Shown here: positions 9,731 to 19,854 of the stretch, piece by piece
Layout of the letters: each line of letters opens with the position of its first letter
How positions within the stretch are numbered: the stretch's first letter is position 1
Assembly (NCBI GenBank): GCA_963781585.1
Contig: CAWAGQ010000006.1
Location: 438,084 to 502,083, forward strand
Length of the DNA stretch: 64,000 nt
Direction: 5' to 3'
Source of the DNA: an uncultured Gemmatimonadaceae bacterium
GTDB lineage: Bacteria > Gemmatimonadota > Gemmatimonadetes > Gemmatimonadales > Gemmatimonadaceae
The notes under the pieces: generated by a model
Database searches by the model: none
What the model was told of the DNA's origin: nothing
Seen by the model: the letters and a program-made list of their open reading frames with translations, nothing else
Position numbers and translations under genes: made by a program

Positions 9731-10326
9731 GGGCCCGGTGCCGGGCTCTGACCGGCAACTCATTCCCGCCAAGTCGCTTACCGATTCTCTGGTTGCACCG
9801 CTGAGCCGCAGGTACCTTGGACCGCCACGAGCATTCGTTGCGGCTCCCCTTCCTGCACTCGCTCCGTTCGCGGCTCCTCCTGCTCTTCGCCGCGCTCGCG
9901 GCTCGCGGGCTCGAGCTACTACACGGCGGGACTCACCGACGCTCGCGGTGTGCGGATCTGGTCCGCGGGCAGTGACTCCACCGCACCCGATGTTGTCGAC
10001 CGGCTGCCGATCATCCATTCGCCGGTCCGGGATCTCGAGTCGAATCGCGTCGTCGGAGCACTCGCGCTGGCGCCGCGCCCCGCCGCGCTCTGGCCGCGTG
10101 ATCTCTTCGCCCCGTCATTCGGTCGAAGCGGGTGCGGCGTCATCATTGACCGAGCGTCGAATCTCGTCCTCCTCCCGGAAGCGTTGGGCTGAGCCGAAAA
10201 CCGTGAGCCGCAACCCGGGTTGGCGGGAACCGACACCCTGTCACGCACCCCGACAGCGTCAAAGGCTCTGCCGCTAACCCATCCCTGCCTGCACGATCGA
10301 GCAGCGGCTGGTCAGGCGACAGCTGG

Positions 10327-10698
10327 CTAGTAGGGCAAGTCGTCTGGTTGAAGGCCTACGTGATCAGGCTCAGGGTCGTGGTCGAACTGCACCGCCATGA
10401 TATCAGTGCGGCCTTCACGCATCGCCCTGGCGACCCGATGCCTGCCATCCATGACGGCACCGTCCGCCGCCAGAATGATCGGGAACGAGAGGTCCGCCTC
10501 GTCGATCAATGTCATGTGGTCAATGATAGTGCGCCAGGTGATGGGCTGATCATCGGAATGCCAGACCTCGTCGAGCTCGCGGATGTGACTGAGCGGGATC
10601 TGCTTGCGAGGAAAGTCATTCGAGCGCTCCACCAACCGATCTACATCCCAGGCCAGCAGACCGCGAATCGACGGCCGGAAATAGTACTGTTTGCGCAC
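10327..10698 (-). CDS. Conserved hypothetical protein with ParB/Srx-like motif
   Basis: ADLSFPIIL..DG.VMDGRHRVARA motif; GTG start. Confidence 0.75.
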   Translation of the reverse strand: MRKQYYFRPSIRGLLAWDVDRLVERSNDFPRKQIPLSHIRELDEVWHSDDQPITWRTIIDHMTLIDEADLSFPIILAADGAVMDGRHRVARAMREGRTDIMAVQFDHDPEPDHVGLQPDDLPY

Positions 10699-10743
10699 GG
10701 AAGAATCCGGGTAGGGGAGGTCGACGAGTCCAGTGGCTGGTGC

Positions 10744-11015
10744 CTAATGTATAGTCGACAAGCCGGGGCGCCGAAGGCGACCGGGGTGATTCGCGATGAA
10801 CGGCAGCATCACCGCATCCGCCATGCCGGCACCCGCACCAAAACCAATCAACTGCGAAGGCGTCGGGGGGTGCCACACGAGCACGAAGAACGCCGACGCC
10901 ACACCGCGTTCGGCGCTCGCCGAGAGCACGCCGAGGATGACCGCAGCCGTCCGATGGTCAGTTGCCCGCCGGACCGCACGATCGACGACGAGGTGATGAA
11001 TGATTGCCTTGGCCG
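10744..11015 (-). pseudogene. Fragment of a membrane protein (YhfC-like intramembrane protease family?)
   Basis: Open frame without a good start: AAVILGVLSASAERGVASAFFVLVW..LIGFGAGAGMADAV. Confidence 0.25.
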
Positions 11016-11034
11016 CTAGTCTCGGTTCATCTTC

Positions 11035-12012
11035 TTGAGGCCTAAACGAACTCTCCCCGTGCCCTCAATCTTCTGGGCATTCGTCGCGCTCGACGCAGCA
11101 CTCCTCGTGATACTCGTCGTCCTGGGCGTCATGAGCCCGGCCACCCCCGATGGCGGCCCGGAGATGTCGCTCATCTTCTTCGTCGTCGTTCCCGCGGTAC
11201 TCATCGGCGGCGCGGTGCTGCTGTTCCTCAAAGCCGGATCGCCGGTGTGGCGGATGGTCGCGTTGGTCATCGCGGCCGGTCCGGGTCTACTCCTGGCCGG
11301 CACGCGCCTTCGGAGTGCGATGATCGACTATCGAGTGCGCCAGAATGCGGAGGGAAGCGGCTATTTCTCCGGCCAACACCTGAAGCGCGCTGCTGCCGCC
11401 GTGGTTCGACGCGACGTGGCCACGCTTGCTGCGCTCGATAGAAGCATCGACGTCAACGCCAAGGGCGTGCGCGGCATGACGCTCATGGAGCTCGCGGTCA
11501 CGCAGGCGCTCGATTCGTCGACGCCGGCACCGGCCGGTTCGACCTCACTGGACGTCGTGCACACCTTGCTCTCTCGCGGCGCCGATCCAAACGCCGGCGT
11601 GGAGATCGCCACGAAGCTGGCCGACAGCACGATTCTGTTGGCGCTCCTCGATGCGGGCGCCAAGCCCGGGTTCGCCAACGACCACGGCCCGGTCGCGTTC
11701 CAGTGGCTCAACGTCATGCCGCTCGCGAATTTCACGGCGCTGCTCGATCACGGCCTCGACGTCAACCTGAGCGATGTATTCGGTACGCCGCTCGTCATCG
11801 CCGCGGCGGAAAACGATCGCTGGAATTTCGTGCTGCTCCTCATCGACCGCGGCGCGGACGCATCTCGCGTCGCGCGCAACGGAACCCGGCTTGCCGACGT
11901 CGTGCAGAGCCGGATCGAATCGACGAGCGAACGGCCGCCGGAGATGAGCGCCGACATTGCGCGCGTGAAAGCGAGACTGACCGCACAGAAGCCGCACCCG
12001 ACGCCGCGATGA
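11035..12012 (+). CDS. Membrane-anchored ankyrin-repeat protein
   Basis: Three N-terminal hydrophobic helices, then ankyrin-like GMTLMELAV, LLSRGADPN, GTPLVIAAA..LLIDRGAD. Start uncertain. Confidence 0.75.
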   Translation: MRPKRTLPVPSIFWAFVALDAALLVILVVLGVMSPATPDGGPEMSLIFFVVVPAVLIGGAVLLFLKAGSPVWRMVALVIAAGPGLLLAGTRLRSAMIDYRVRQNAEGSGYFSGQHLKRAAAAVVRRDVATLAALDRSIDVNAKGVRGMTLMELAVTQALDSSTPAPAGSTSLDVVHTLLSRGADPNAGVEIATKLADSTILLALLDAGAKPGFANDHGPVAFQWLNVMPLANFTALLDHGLDVNLSDVFGTPLVIAAAENDRWNFVLLLIDRGADASRVARNGTRLADVVQSRIESTSERPPEMSADIARVKARLTAQKPHPTPR

Positions 12013-12749
12013 CATCGCCAGCGCCGATCGTCCACATCACGATCACCGGCCGTGGCGGCGGCATCACGTATCGCGAAGGCGACCATCGGATCGAGTTCGA
12101 TTGGGAGTTCGCCATGTCGCCGGCCGTCGCGTTGATCTGGGGACCCCAGCGAGCCGAGTGGGACGGCCAGTATCCCTGGGCGCGCGGCCGGCAGGCGGCC
12201 ATCTACGATATCGTCGGCGCCGAAATCGTTCGGCAAAAGGCATCGGGCGGCGCGTTCGAATACGATCTCGAGCTCGGACACCTGACGATCCTCAACGAGA
12301 CCGGCGCGCGGGCGCGGGGCCTCTACGTGGACAGGAGCGCCGCGGCCGCCGAGGAGTTGCGCCGACACACGTCGGTGGACGCGCGTCTTGCCGCCGCCGA
12401 AGCGACGAACGACGTCGCGACGATCGGGGCTGTGCTCGCGCGTGAGATCCGGCGACTCTCGCGGCCCGAGGATGGGCTCGAGCGCGCCATGCGTCTGGCC
12501 GCGGCGCATCCCACCGAGGAGGTTCGTCAGGCGCTGCTCTGGGCGAGCTACAACGCGACCGCGTGCGCGCCGCGTTGCGCCGAGATGCTGTTGACGCTGA
12601 CCGGTACCGCGTCCGATCCGCGCGATCGGGACGTGCAGTCGATCCTTGGGCGGCTCGGGAAGCATTCGAGCGACTTCGATCGAAGCGAGGCGTTCGCAGC
12701 ACTCTCGCGACGCGTCGGCATGGTGCTGGACCAGAGCGCGCGGGACTGA
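12009..12749 (+). CDS. Hypothetical protein
   Basis: ATGA overlap with the ankyrin gene stop; protein-like composition from MTSPAPIVHITITGRGGG onward. Confidence 0.65.
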   Translation: MTSPAPIVHITITGRGGGITYREGDHRIEFDWEFAMSPAVALIWGPQRAEWDGQYPWARGRQAAIYDIVGAEIVRQKASGGAFEYDLELGHLTILNETGARARGLYVDRSAAAAEELRRHTSVDARLAAAEATNDVATIGAVLAREIRRLSRPEDGLERAMRLAAAHPTEEVRQALLWASYNATACAPRCAEMLLTLTGTASDPRDRDVQSILGRLGKHSSDFDRSEAFAALSRRVGMVLDQSARD

Positions 12750-12929
12750 CGGCGGGCCTCCCGAACGACGAATCGGGGAAGCTGCGCCCTGCCTCGCGAC
12801 TCAGCGACGCTGCGAGCCTTCATCCGGTCGCGTTAGGGCGTTCACAAACGTCCCCCTGATGCGGCTGCACCGGTCTTGACGTCATGCGTGCCAGACTTCA
12901 CATTGCCAAGTACTTTATACAGTGGAGTG

Positions 12930-13511
12930 ATGACCCCGTTCGACATCCTGTTCATCGTTCTCTTCCTCGCCCTTGTCGGTAGCCTTCTCTACGCGACGGC
13001 GGCGGCCCTGGCCGGGCATCGGTCCACTGCCGGCAAGCTGCTCCGACGCCTCGCCGTGGCGGTGATCGCCTACCTGGCGGTCGTCTATGCGGTGGCCCTG
13101 CTTTCGCCCGGGCAGGTGCTCGCCCTTGACGAGGACAAGTGCTCGGATGACTGGTGCATCGCGGTCAGTGCCGTGCGCGAGGTATCTGATTCATCTGAAC
13201 GGCTGTACGACCTCACGTTCCGATTGTCGAGCCGCGCCCGACGCATTAGTCAGCGAGAGCGCGGGGTCGTGGTCTACATGCGTGACGCCCGCGGGCGCCG
13301 CTACGATGGGGGAAGTGGCCCCACCGACGCTCCGTTCGATGTGCGGCTCGGTCCGCAGGAAACCATGCTCACGCATCGGCGCTTCGTCTTGCCGCGCGAG
13401 GCGTCCGCGCGCGATGTGGTCATCACACGCGGCGGATTTCCATTTCCCGGCTGCTGCATCATCGGCGAAGCCACCGGCGTACTGCACCCCGCAACGATAC
13501 GCGTGCCGTAG
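12930..13511 (+). CDS. Membrane protein with C-terminal beta-rich extracytoplasmic domain
   Basis: GGAG RBS, two TM helices, C.DDWCIAV and Y..DARGRRYD motifs. Confidence 0.65.
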   Translation: MTPFDILFIVLFLALVGSLLYATAAALAGHRSTAGKLLRRLAVAVIAYLAVVYAVALLSPGQVLALDEDKCSDDWCIAVSAVREVSDSSERLYDLTFRLSSRARRISQRERGVVVYMRDARGRRYDGGSGPTDAPFDVRLGPQETMLTHRRFVLPREASARDVVITRGGFPFPGCCIIGEATGVLHPATIRVP

Positions 13512-13577
13512 CTGTCGGCAGCGACCTGGCGGATAGCGTTCTGCAGCCCACAGTTCGCGGCCGTGAGTAACGAGCCG

Positions 13578-13964
13578 TCATTGGCCTTGAGGCGGCTGCC
13601 ATAGCTCGACCTTGTTTCCTTCCGGATCAATCACCCAGGCGAACATTCCATACTCGGATTCGTCAATCTTCTCGAGCACCTTGCAGCCTTCTTCCTTCAG
13701 GACCTTGACCAGGGCGTGGAGGTCTGCCACCCGGTAGTTGACCATGAAGGACGCAGCGCTCGGAGCAAAGTGATCACTTTCCTGGGGGTCGATCAGCCAG
13801 GCAGTTGTGCCTGCAACCGGCTTGCCCTCGGCGTCGGTCCAATCGAAGGCCGCTCCGCCCCAGGCCTGGACATCGATTCCCAGGTGCCGCTTATACCAAG
13901 CCTGCAGTGATGGAGCGTCTTTGGCCTTGAAGAAGATGCCGCCGATGCCAGTGACTCGTTTCAT
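13578..13964 (-). CDS. VOC/glyoxalase family protein
   Basis: MKRVTGIGGIFFK..WYKRHLG..FMVNYRV.DL..EYGMFAWVIDPEGNKVELWQP; GAGG RBS. Confidence 0.92.
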   Translation of the reverse strand: MKRVTGIGGIFFKAKDAPSLQAWYKRHLGIDVQAWGGAAFDWTDAEGKPVAGTTAWLIDPQESDHFAPSAASFMVNYRVADLHALVKVLKEEGCKVLEKIDESEYGMFAWVIDPEGNKVELWQPPQGQ

Positions 13965-14383
13965 GTGACCTCTGATGCGGGTGGCGGTGAGAGGTGTTTC
14001 TTCTGCGACCTGACGGATAGCGTTCTGCTGCAGCAGAACATCAACGATCGCCGCCGCGGGCGGCGGCTCCGCCCTACGGGCGCGTCTGGGGCGTGATGAT
14101 CGGCCGTCAGCCGACGCCAGTGTCGTCGGAAGTAGCCGGCAGGATGTTCCGCGGACGGCGAACGGGACGCCGATTTCGGTGCAAGGTCTCGCGATTGGAA
14201 TTCCTGCCGTGCGGTCGCGAACGACGCGTCGGCGATCTCCGGCTCCATCGCCACAGCGGGTAGGGGCGATTGTGGCATCGCCGCCGTCCGGCCTGCGTCA
14301 ATCTCGATGGCTCGAACAAGAAGGCGATCGGCGACATCCTCGGGTACGTCGTCGCCGCTCTGGAAAGAGGCAGTCGGAGTCAC
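13961..14383 (-). CDS. Small hypothetical protein, possibly degenerate cassette gene
   Basis: GGAGG RBS before GTG 14383, just after a GTTAGGC site; VPEDVADRLLVRAIEID N-terminus. The C-terminus runs through an attC-like region. Confidence 0.4.
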   Translation of the reverse strand: MTPTASFQSGDDVPEDVADRLLVRAIEIDAGRTAAMPQSPLPAVAMEPEIADASFATARQEFQSRDLAPKSASRSPSAEHPAGYFRRHWRRLTADHHAPDAPVGRSRRPRRRSLMFCCSRTLSVRSQKKHLSPPPASEVT

Positions 14384-14418
14384 TGTGGGAATCCTCCAAG
14401 ACTGCTGACGTTCGTGCG

Positions 14419-14510
14419 GCCTAACGTCGAGCTTCGCTGCGGCCGACTCGATTGGAGAGCGCGCAGCGCGCCCACAATAGCTCGGCTGGCTGCAGTAAGC
14501 AATGTCAGGC
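14419..14510 (-). other. attC-like recombination site
   Basis: Minus strand reads GCCTGAC...GTTAGGC, 92 bp, with an imperfect internal palindrome (gctt/aagc, ctgcggcc/ggctgcag). An RBS and start codon follow. Confidence 0.6.
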
Positions 14511-14594
14511 CGTCGGCACAGGCCTGAACCGCGGAAACCCCGGCTAAACAGGTCGCGTACGGGTACACCATCGGACTTCCACGGAGCGCCCCCT

Positions 14595-14972
14595 GTGAAG
14601 CAGAACGATCTGTTGAGTGTAACCTCGATACTGTCCGTGCTTCTGCTTGCCCTGCACATCTCGCAGGACATCGTCTTCGGCTTGGACCGGGCGGGGCTCA
14701 ATCATCTTGTCGGCGTCGCAATCCTCCTCGTCGTTGTCTGCGGCGCCGTGCTGCTGCGAGAACGGCCATCGGGCAAGGTGATCATGCTACTTGGCGGCGT
14801 GATGGCTGCCGGGATGCTGCCCCTGCACATGCGGAATGGATTGCGCCCGGAGTTTCTCGAGAAGAGCGGCGCCCTGCTGTTCATCTGGACTCTCTATGTC
14901 CTCGGAGTGAATGGCGCGTTCTCGGTTATCCTCGCGGTCCAGGCGTTGCGCGGTCGGCGCGTCGCTTCGTGA
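14595..14972 (+). CDS. Small four-TM membrane protein
   Basis: GGAG before GTG 14595; four hydrophobic segments; LHISQDIVFG motif. Confidence 0.7.
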   Translation: MKQNDLLSVTSILSVLLLALHISQDIVFGLDRAGLNHLVGVAILLVVVCGAVLLRERPSGKVIMLLGGVMAAGMLPLHMRNGLRPEFLEKSGALLFIWTLYVLGVNGAFSVILAVQALRGRRVAS

Positions 14973-15026
14973 CGAAGCGGCTTGACGGCGCGAGCTAGTT
15001 CCTTTCGCCCTGGCCGGATCGGCGCG

Positions 15027-15434
15027 TCACCGTCCGTGGCTGGCGTCAAGAGCAGGAAGGCCACAATGAACACCTGCTGACTGCAGCTCCCGATTGATTC
15101 GGCGAATCAGCGGAAACAGCTGGACGGAAGACGAAGACATGCTACACATGCGTGGTCCGGTGGTCTCAGGCCATGCCTTCCGAACCTCGATTAGCGATGG
15201 ATTCTCGCCCGCGATGTATCGGTCGAGGACGGACTGGTATCGCGAGTTTCCGCACTCGACGACGATATCGTTCACCACATCATTGAACCCTGGCGCTCTC
15301 GCCAGTGCCCAAACGAAGTCGTCGAGATCCTTCATTCCGGGCGCCCTGCTCATTGCCCGAAACAACGCGATGATCGCCGGAATCACTTCAGCGCTCGTTA
15401 GCCAGAAGCGAAGGGGTATTCTGGTGACCGGCAA
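15027..15434 (-). CDS. Hypothetical protein (doubtful, possibly a fragment)
   Basis: ORF in a lower-GC stretch with a TTG start and no recognisable motif. Confidence 0.3.
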   Translation of the reverse strand: MPVTRIPLRFWLTSAEVIPAIIALFRAMSRAPGMKDLDDFVWALARAPGFNDVVNDIVVECGNSRYQSVLDRYIAGENPSLIEVRKAWPETTGPRMCSMSSSSVQLFPLIRRINRELQSAGVHCGLPALDASHGR

Positions 15435-15480
15435 GTCGGGCGCACGCGCGGACCGCGTCGCCGGTGCGCTCGACCAATTG

Positions 15481-16038
<558 letters not shown>

Positions 16039-16131
16039 CTTGCGTGAGAGAATCCCGAAAGTGTAGCGGAGCAGACTATGGCTTGCCCGACCCTGCGCTT
16101 CTTCGACGCCTGCCAGCAGCAGAGCGCCTCG

Positions 16132-16320
16132 TTAGCCGGCGCTGGGCCGATACCTACGCATCCCGATTGCCGACACTAATCCAACGAGGAATGCAATCAG
16201 CATGATCCAGGTCGCCAGGTCCCGCTGTGCAGTCGCCAGCTGATACGCCGCGGCCAGCAGGCCAACGAGATTGCTTCCGAGCCACACATTCAGCACCGCA
16301 GCATGAGTGCCTGGCTTCAT
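16132..16320 (-). CDS. Small two-TM protein in a cassette-like unit
   Basis: GGAGG RBS; bracketed on the minus strand by GTTAGCC (16353-16347) and GGCTAAC, which contains its TAA stop. Confidence 0.6.
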   Translation of the reverse strand: MKPGTHAAVLNVWLGSNLVGLLAAAYQLATAQRDLATWIMLIAFLVGLVSAIGMRRYRPSAG

Positions 16321-16405
16321 TGAAATGCCTCCGTGGCAGGTCGTCTGGCTAACCGGAACCGGACTGCAGATTGGCTGGCGGGGTTCTGCTGCGAAATTCG
16401 ACCTG

Positions 16406-16556
16406 GACTGCACACCCATCGCAACCCGGTACCGCCACCCTCTCGGTAACTTCGCCTCGAAGCTCCGTGCCGCAAGATGTTGTGCCCGGCGCCGCGGCGG
16501 CGGCCAGCGTTTGGACTGCCAGCGCCTCGCAACCTGGTCTGGATCTCGAGGGATTT
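16406..16556. repeat. ~150-bp dispersed intergenic repeat, copy 2
   Basis: Similar to 476-624, same orientation. Confidence 0.8.
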
Positions 16557-16687
16557 GGGCCGCCCGAGGAGCTCATGGCCGCTTTCGCGAACGACTGGGC
16601 CGCCGACCGGACGAGTGAGGCCACCGCGCGCTCGCGGCCGCATGATATGAAACCAGACAGCCCTGTGAAGGCTATCAAACACGCCGG

Positions 16688-17086
16688 CTAGCCCAACTCA
16701 TAGTTCAACGTCATGGGATGCTCAGCCCCGTGCCCAACAGAGGACGTACCCTCGCCGCGCAGGTCCCGGAGCTCCCCCGTGCCGGAGCCTGGGATGACGA
16801 CATAGGACTCCGTCGCCGCGCCGTTCTCGAATGTTCCTGTGCGTTGGAGCACGAAGCTGCCCGCTTTCCCTGCCACCTGCCCCACGATCCGCTCGACGCC
16901 CACGAACGTGGCCGAGCCGTCGCTACGGTACATCATCAGATATTGCACTTGTCCCGCGCCCGTGATATCGCCGGTGAACGTCTTTGTGACCGCGGCCCGG
17001 GTCAGCCTTGGCAGGTCCTGGCCCTCATCATAAGGCTTCTCGTCCCAGCTCCTGATAGTGAAGCGGCAGTTCGCAACGTTCTTCAT
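16688..17086 (-). CDS. DUF3224-like domain protein
   Basis: F.I.SWDEKPY, KTFTGDITG, YLMMY, GSFVLQ..G, VIPGSGTGELRDLRG. Confidence 0.85.
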   Translation of the reverse strand: MKNVANCRFTIRSWDEKPYDEGQDLPRLTRAAVTKTFTGDITGAGQVQYLMMYRSDGSATFVGVERIVGQVAGKAGSFVLQRTGTFENGAATESYVVIPGSGTGELRDLRGEGTSSVGHGAEHPMTLNYELG

Positions 17087-17249
17087 GTTCTACACCTCGG
17101 CCGGGTGATCGGGAACAGGATGTGGAGGCGCCATCGCGGGCAGATGCCAGGTGCGAGTGGGTGGCGGTGCCTAACGCCCTGGGTTCGGCGGCGGCCGGAT
17201 GAAATAGCAACGCCGCCGCAGGCCGCGCAAGCGCCGCCGGCCGATCCGC

Positions 17250-18545
17250 CTAACTCTCCGCGGCGCGGCGCATGAGCGCCCCGAACAGCTCGGGGTCCAC
17301 CCGCACCCGGTCGTCGTCGATCCACTCCGCCTTCACCTCGGCGCCCGCCTCGGCGAGCATCCGCACCACCGACCGGTACCGCTCCTGGTCCTTCCTGCCT
17401 TCGACGAGCCAGGCATGGAGCGCCCAGACGAGTGGTGTCGTGCCGTAGACATCATCGATCACGTTGACCGGCGCCTGACGGTGGAGCAGCAGCTCGACGA
17501 TCTCCACACGGCCCTCGTAGGCTGCGAGGTGGAGCGCAGTGCGATTCTCACCATCGTCCCGGACCTTCCACCCCGGATCGAACCCACGATCCAGAAAACA
17601 GGCCACGATGTCCCGGTGCTCGTACCAGACCGCCATCATCAGCGCGCCGCCGACCTCCTGCCGCCATGCGGGATCGGCCAGGCTTCGGCGTTCGTCGAAC
17701 TGCCGCTCCACCAGGTCGAGGCGCCCGATACCCGCCGCTTCGTCCAGGCTGACTGCGACTCCCCGACGCGCCAGGTATTCACCGGCCTCGGGGCAGCCGT
17801 TCATGAGACAGGACTGAACACTGCCAGGATCGATGCGGGCGCCGCGCTCGAGCAGCAGGTCGGCGAGATCGTTCTGCACGCCCGCGAGGCGTGGGTGCGC
17901 GCTCGTCATCGTGAGCCCGAACGTCGTCGCGCCCCCGCCATACACGTCGGCTTCGGCGTCCACCTCCGCACCGGCGTCGAGCAGGATGCGCGCGATCTCG
18001 ACGATATTCGACGGCGTCTCCTGACGATAGTCCTCCACCCCGTTCGCGGAGATGTAGTGCAACAGCGTCGCGCGATGCTGCCGGCTGGAGCAGGCGTGCA
18101 CGAGACCCGGGCTCTCACGAAGAAGTCGTTCGAGCGTCGCCCGGTCGCCGGCGACGATGGCATCGGCCGCCTCCTCGAAGGCGGAGACCGGCGTCCGTGC
18201 ACCGCCGAGTGCCTCGATATGGTGTGCCAGCCTGGGCCAGCTCTCGAAGCCGTGCGCGCGCGCGATGACGAACTGCGCCTGCGCGAGAGCGCATCCAGCG
18301 GCGAGACGCTCGCGCGCGAAGCCAGCTACCTGATCGGTGTATCGCTCGGCAGCGCGGACGTGCGGCGCCCGACCACTGTCCGACTGGAGCTCGAGCAGGT
18401 CGCGAACCCAGCGCGCGGCCCACGCCCGAATGGCCGCGGGGTCCGCGGAACTGCACGCCTTGACGAGGTCCTTCGCCCGCTTCCGGTAGTGGTGCAGATC
18501 GGGGCGCGGCGGAAGCGGCAGGACGTCCTGCGGGTTGGGATACAT
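17250..18545 (-). CDS. Ankyrin-repeat protein with LPxRPDL..YRKRAK N-terminal domain
   Basis: AQFVIARAHGFESWP, ATLLHY, RTALHLAAYEGRVEIVELLL, TTPLVWA; strong AAAGGAG RBS. Confidence 0.88.
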   Translation of the reverse strand: MYPNPQDVLPLPPRPDLHHYRKRAKDLVKACSSADPAAIRAWAARWVRDLLELQSDSGRAPHVRAAERYTDQVAGFARERLAAGCALAQAQFVIARAHGFESWPRLAHHIEALGGARTPVSAFEEAADAIVAGDRATLERLLRESPGLVHACSSRQHRATLLHYISANGVEDYRQETPSNIVEIARILLDAGAEVDAEADVYGGGATTFGLTMTSAHPRLAGVQNDLADLLLERGARIDPGSVQSCLMNGCPEAGEYLARRGVAVSLDEAAGIGRLDLVERQFDERRSLADPAWRQEVGGALMMAVWYEHRDIVACFLDRGFDPGWKVRDDGENRTALHLAAYEGRVEIVELLLHRQAPVNVIDDVYGTTPLVWALHAWLVEGRKDQERYRSVVRMLAEAGAEVKAEWIDDDRVRVDPELFGALMRRAAES

Positions 18546-18671
18546 ACGAATCTCCTTTCATGGCGCCTGGAGTCCGCACTCGTCAGGCTGAAAGAAGGTT
18601 CGCGATGTGCAACGCAGCTGTGGGTGGGCACGGCCCTTTCCGCGGACTGGATGCGCCCCTCGCGCGCCCGT

Positions 18672-18700
18672 AGTATGTCACGCGCGGGGGCGCTCGGCAA
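18672..18700 (-). promoter_or_regulatory. Putative sigma70 promoter of the ankyrin gene
   Basis: Minus strand TTGCCG-N17-CATACT, about 125 nt upstream of the ATG. Confidence 0.5.
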
Positions 18701-18793
18701 CGGGAATGGCGCGGGGCGGTGGGGTGTGTTGCTGAGCCTGTTCCGGTCGCGGCAGTTGGCTACGAGGCGGGGAGTAGAGGCGGCAGCGCCACC

Positions 18794-19570
18794 CTAGTAC
18801 CGCAGGATCAGTGGAAGCCCGGGGCGCAAGTCCCACGTCTGCCCGCGACGACCGCCGTCGAGCTCTACCACCAGATGGGGGCTGTTCGCCTCCTCGAAGC
18901 GTACCAGCTCCGGTGCCAGCTCGGCTGCCCGGGGGCGCTGGTTGGGTTGGCCGCGGATGAGGACGCGCGTGATGCGCCGCGCACCCATCGGATGACGGAA
19001 CAGGTCTGGCTGGCTGCTCCTGTAACGCCCGAGCCAGGAGGTCACCGCGGCGTAGTCAGGTACGATAAACATGTCTACAGCCAGTGACTCCTCGGGCTGG
19101 CGCAGAAGGACGTAGGCGGTGCCCGGACGCAGCCGGTCAGCCGAATCGAGGCGGAAGGGGATTCCCAGGTCGGCCGGTGTGCCCCTCAGAAAATGGAGGC
19201 CGACACCGACCGGACTCGCACCGGACTGACGCCACGCTGCGGCGCGAGCGAAGTCCGCCGCATCGAGGCGGTGCAGCGAGTCAACGGCAACTGAAGAGTC
19301 GACCCAGAGAAGCTCGAGATACGCGTTCTCGAAAAACACCGCCATGGAGGCGGTGCCCTGGCCGTCGTGCCGCGAGACGCTCGTGTCGACCACGAGGCCG
19401 ACGTGACGAAGGGCCTCGACTGCGGAATCCGCCCCGGGCGGCACGACCAGGTAGACATGATCGAGCTCGATCAGGGGAGACTGTGCAGCGATCGCGGTTG
19501 GCGAACCGCCGCCGACCGTCAGAACCGCCGCGGTGGACAGAGCCCGTCTGATTCCATGGGTGACGTTCAT
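18794..19570 (-). CDS. Exported VOC-family (glyoxalase-like) protein
   Basis: Signal peptide, ELDHVYLVV, H.GQGTAS..VFFENAYLELLW; GAGGAG RBS right after GTTAGGC. Confidence 0.82.
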   Translation of the reverse strand: MNVTHGIRRALSTAAVLTVGGGSPTAIAAQSPLIELDHVYLVVPPGADSAVEALRHVGLVVDTSVSRHDGQGTASMAVFFENAYLELLWVDSSVAVDSLHRLDAADFARAAAWRQSGASPVGVGLHFLRGTPADLGIPFRLDSADRLRPGTAYVLLRQPEESLAVDMFIVPDYAAVTSWLGRYRSSQPDLFRHPMGARRITRVLIRGQPNQRPRAAELAPELVRFEEANSPHLVVELDGGRRGQTWDLRPGLPLILRY

Positions 19571-19854
19571 TCCTGCTCCTCTCGCTGCCTAACGCACCTG
19601 GTTTGACCTGCGAGGTGCTGCCACGCAATGTGCCTGCGCACGGCGCCGAACGGAACCGGGGCTCCTGCCGGGGTCATCCGCGCGACAGCTGCGAGCCCCA
19701 CGCGGCGGCGCACAGGCTGAAGGCCACTCCGGCGGTTTTCGGACTACGGATCGTGCTCGCGCTTTGATCCACTGCCATGACGGACCGCCTGGTGTGACCC
19801 GTCCACATGCCACGGGGTCCACCTGAGTAACGACGCACGCCAGCCAGCAGTCGA

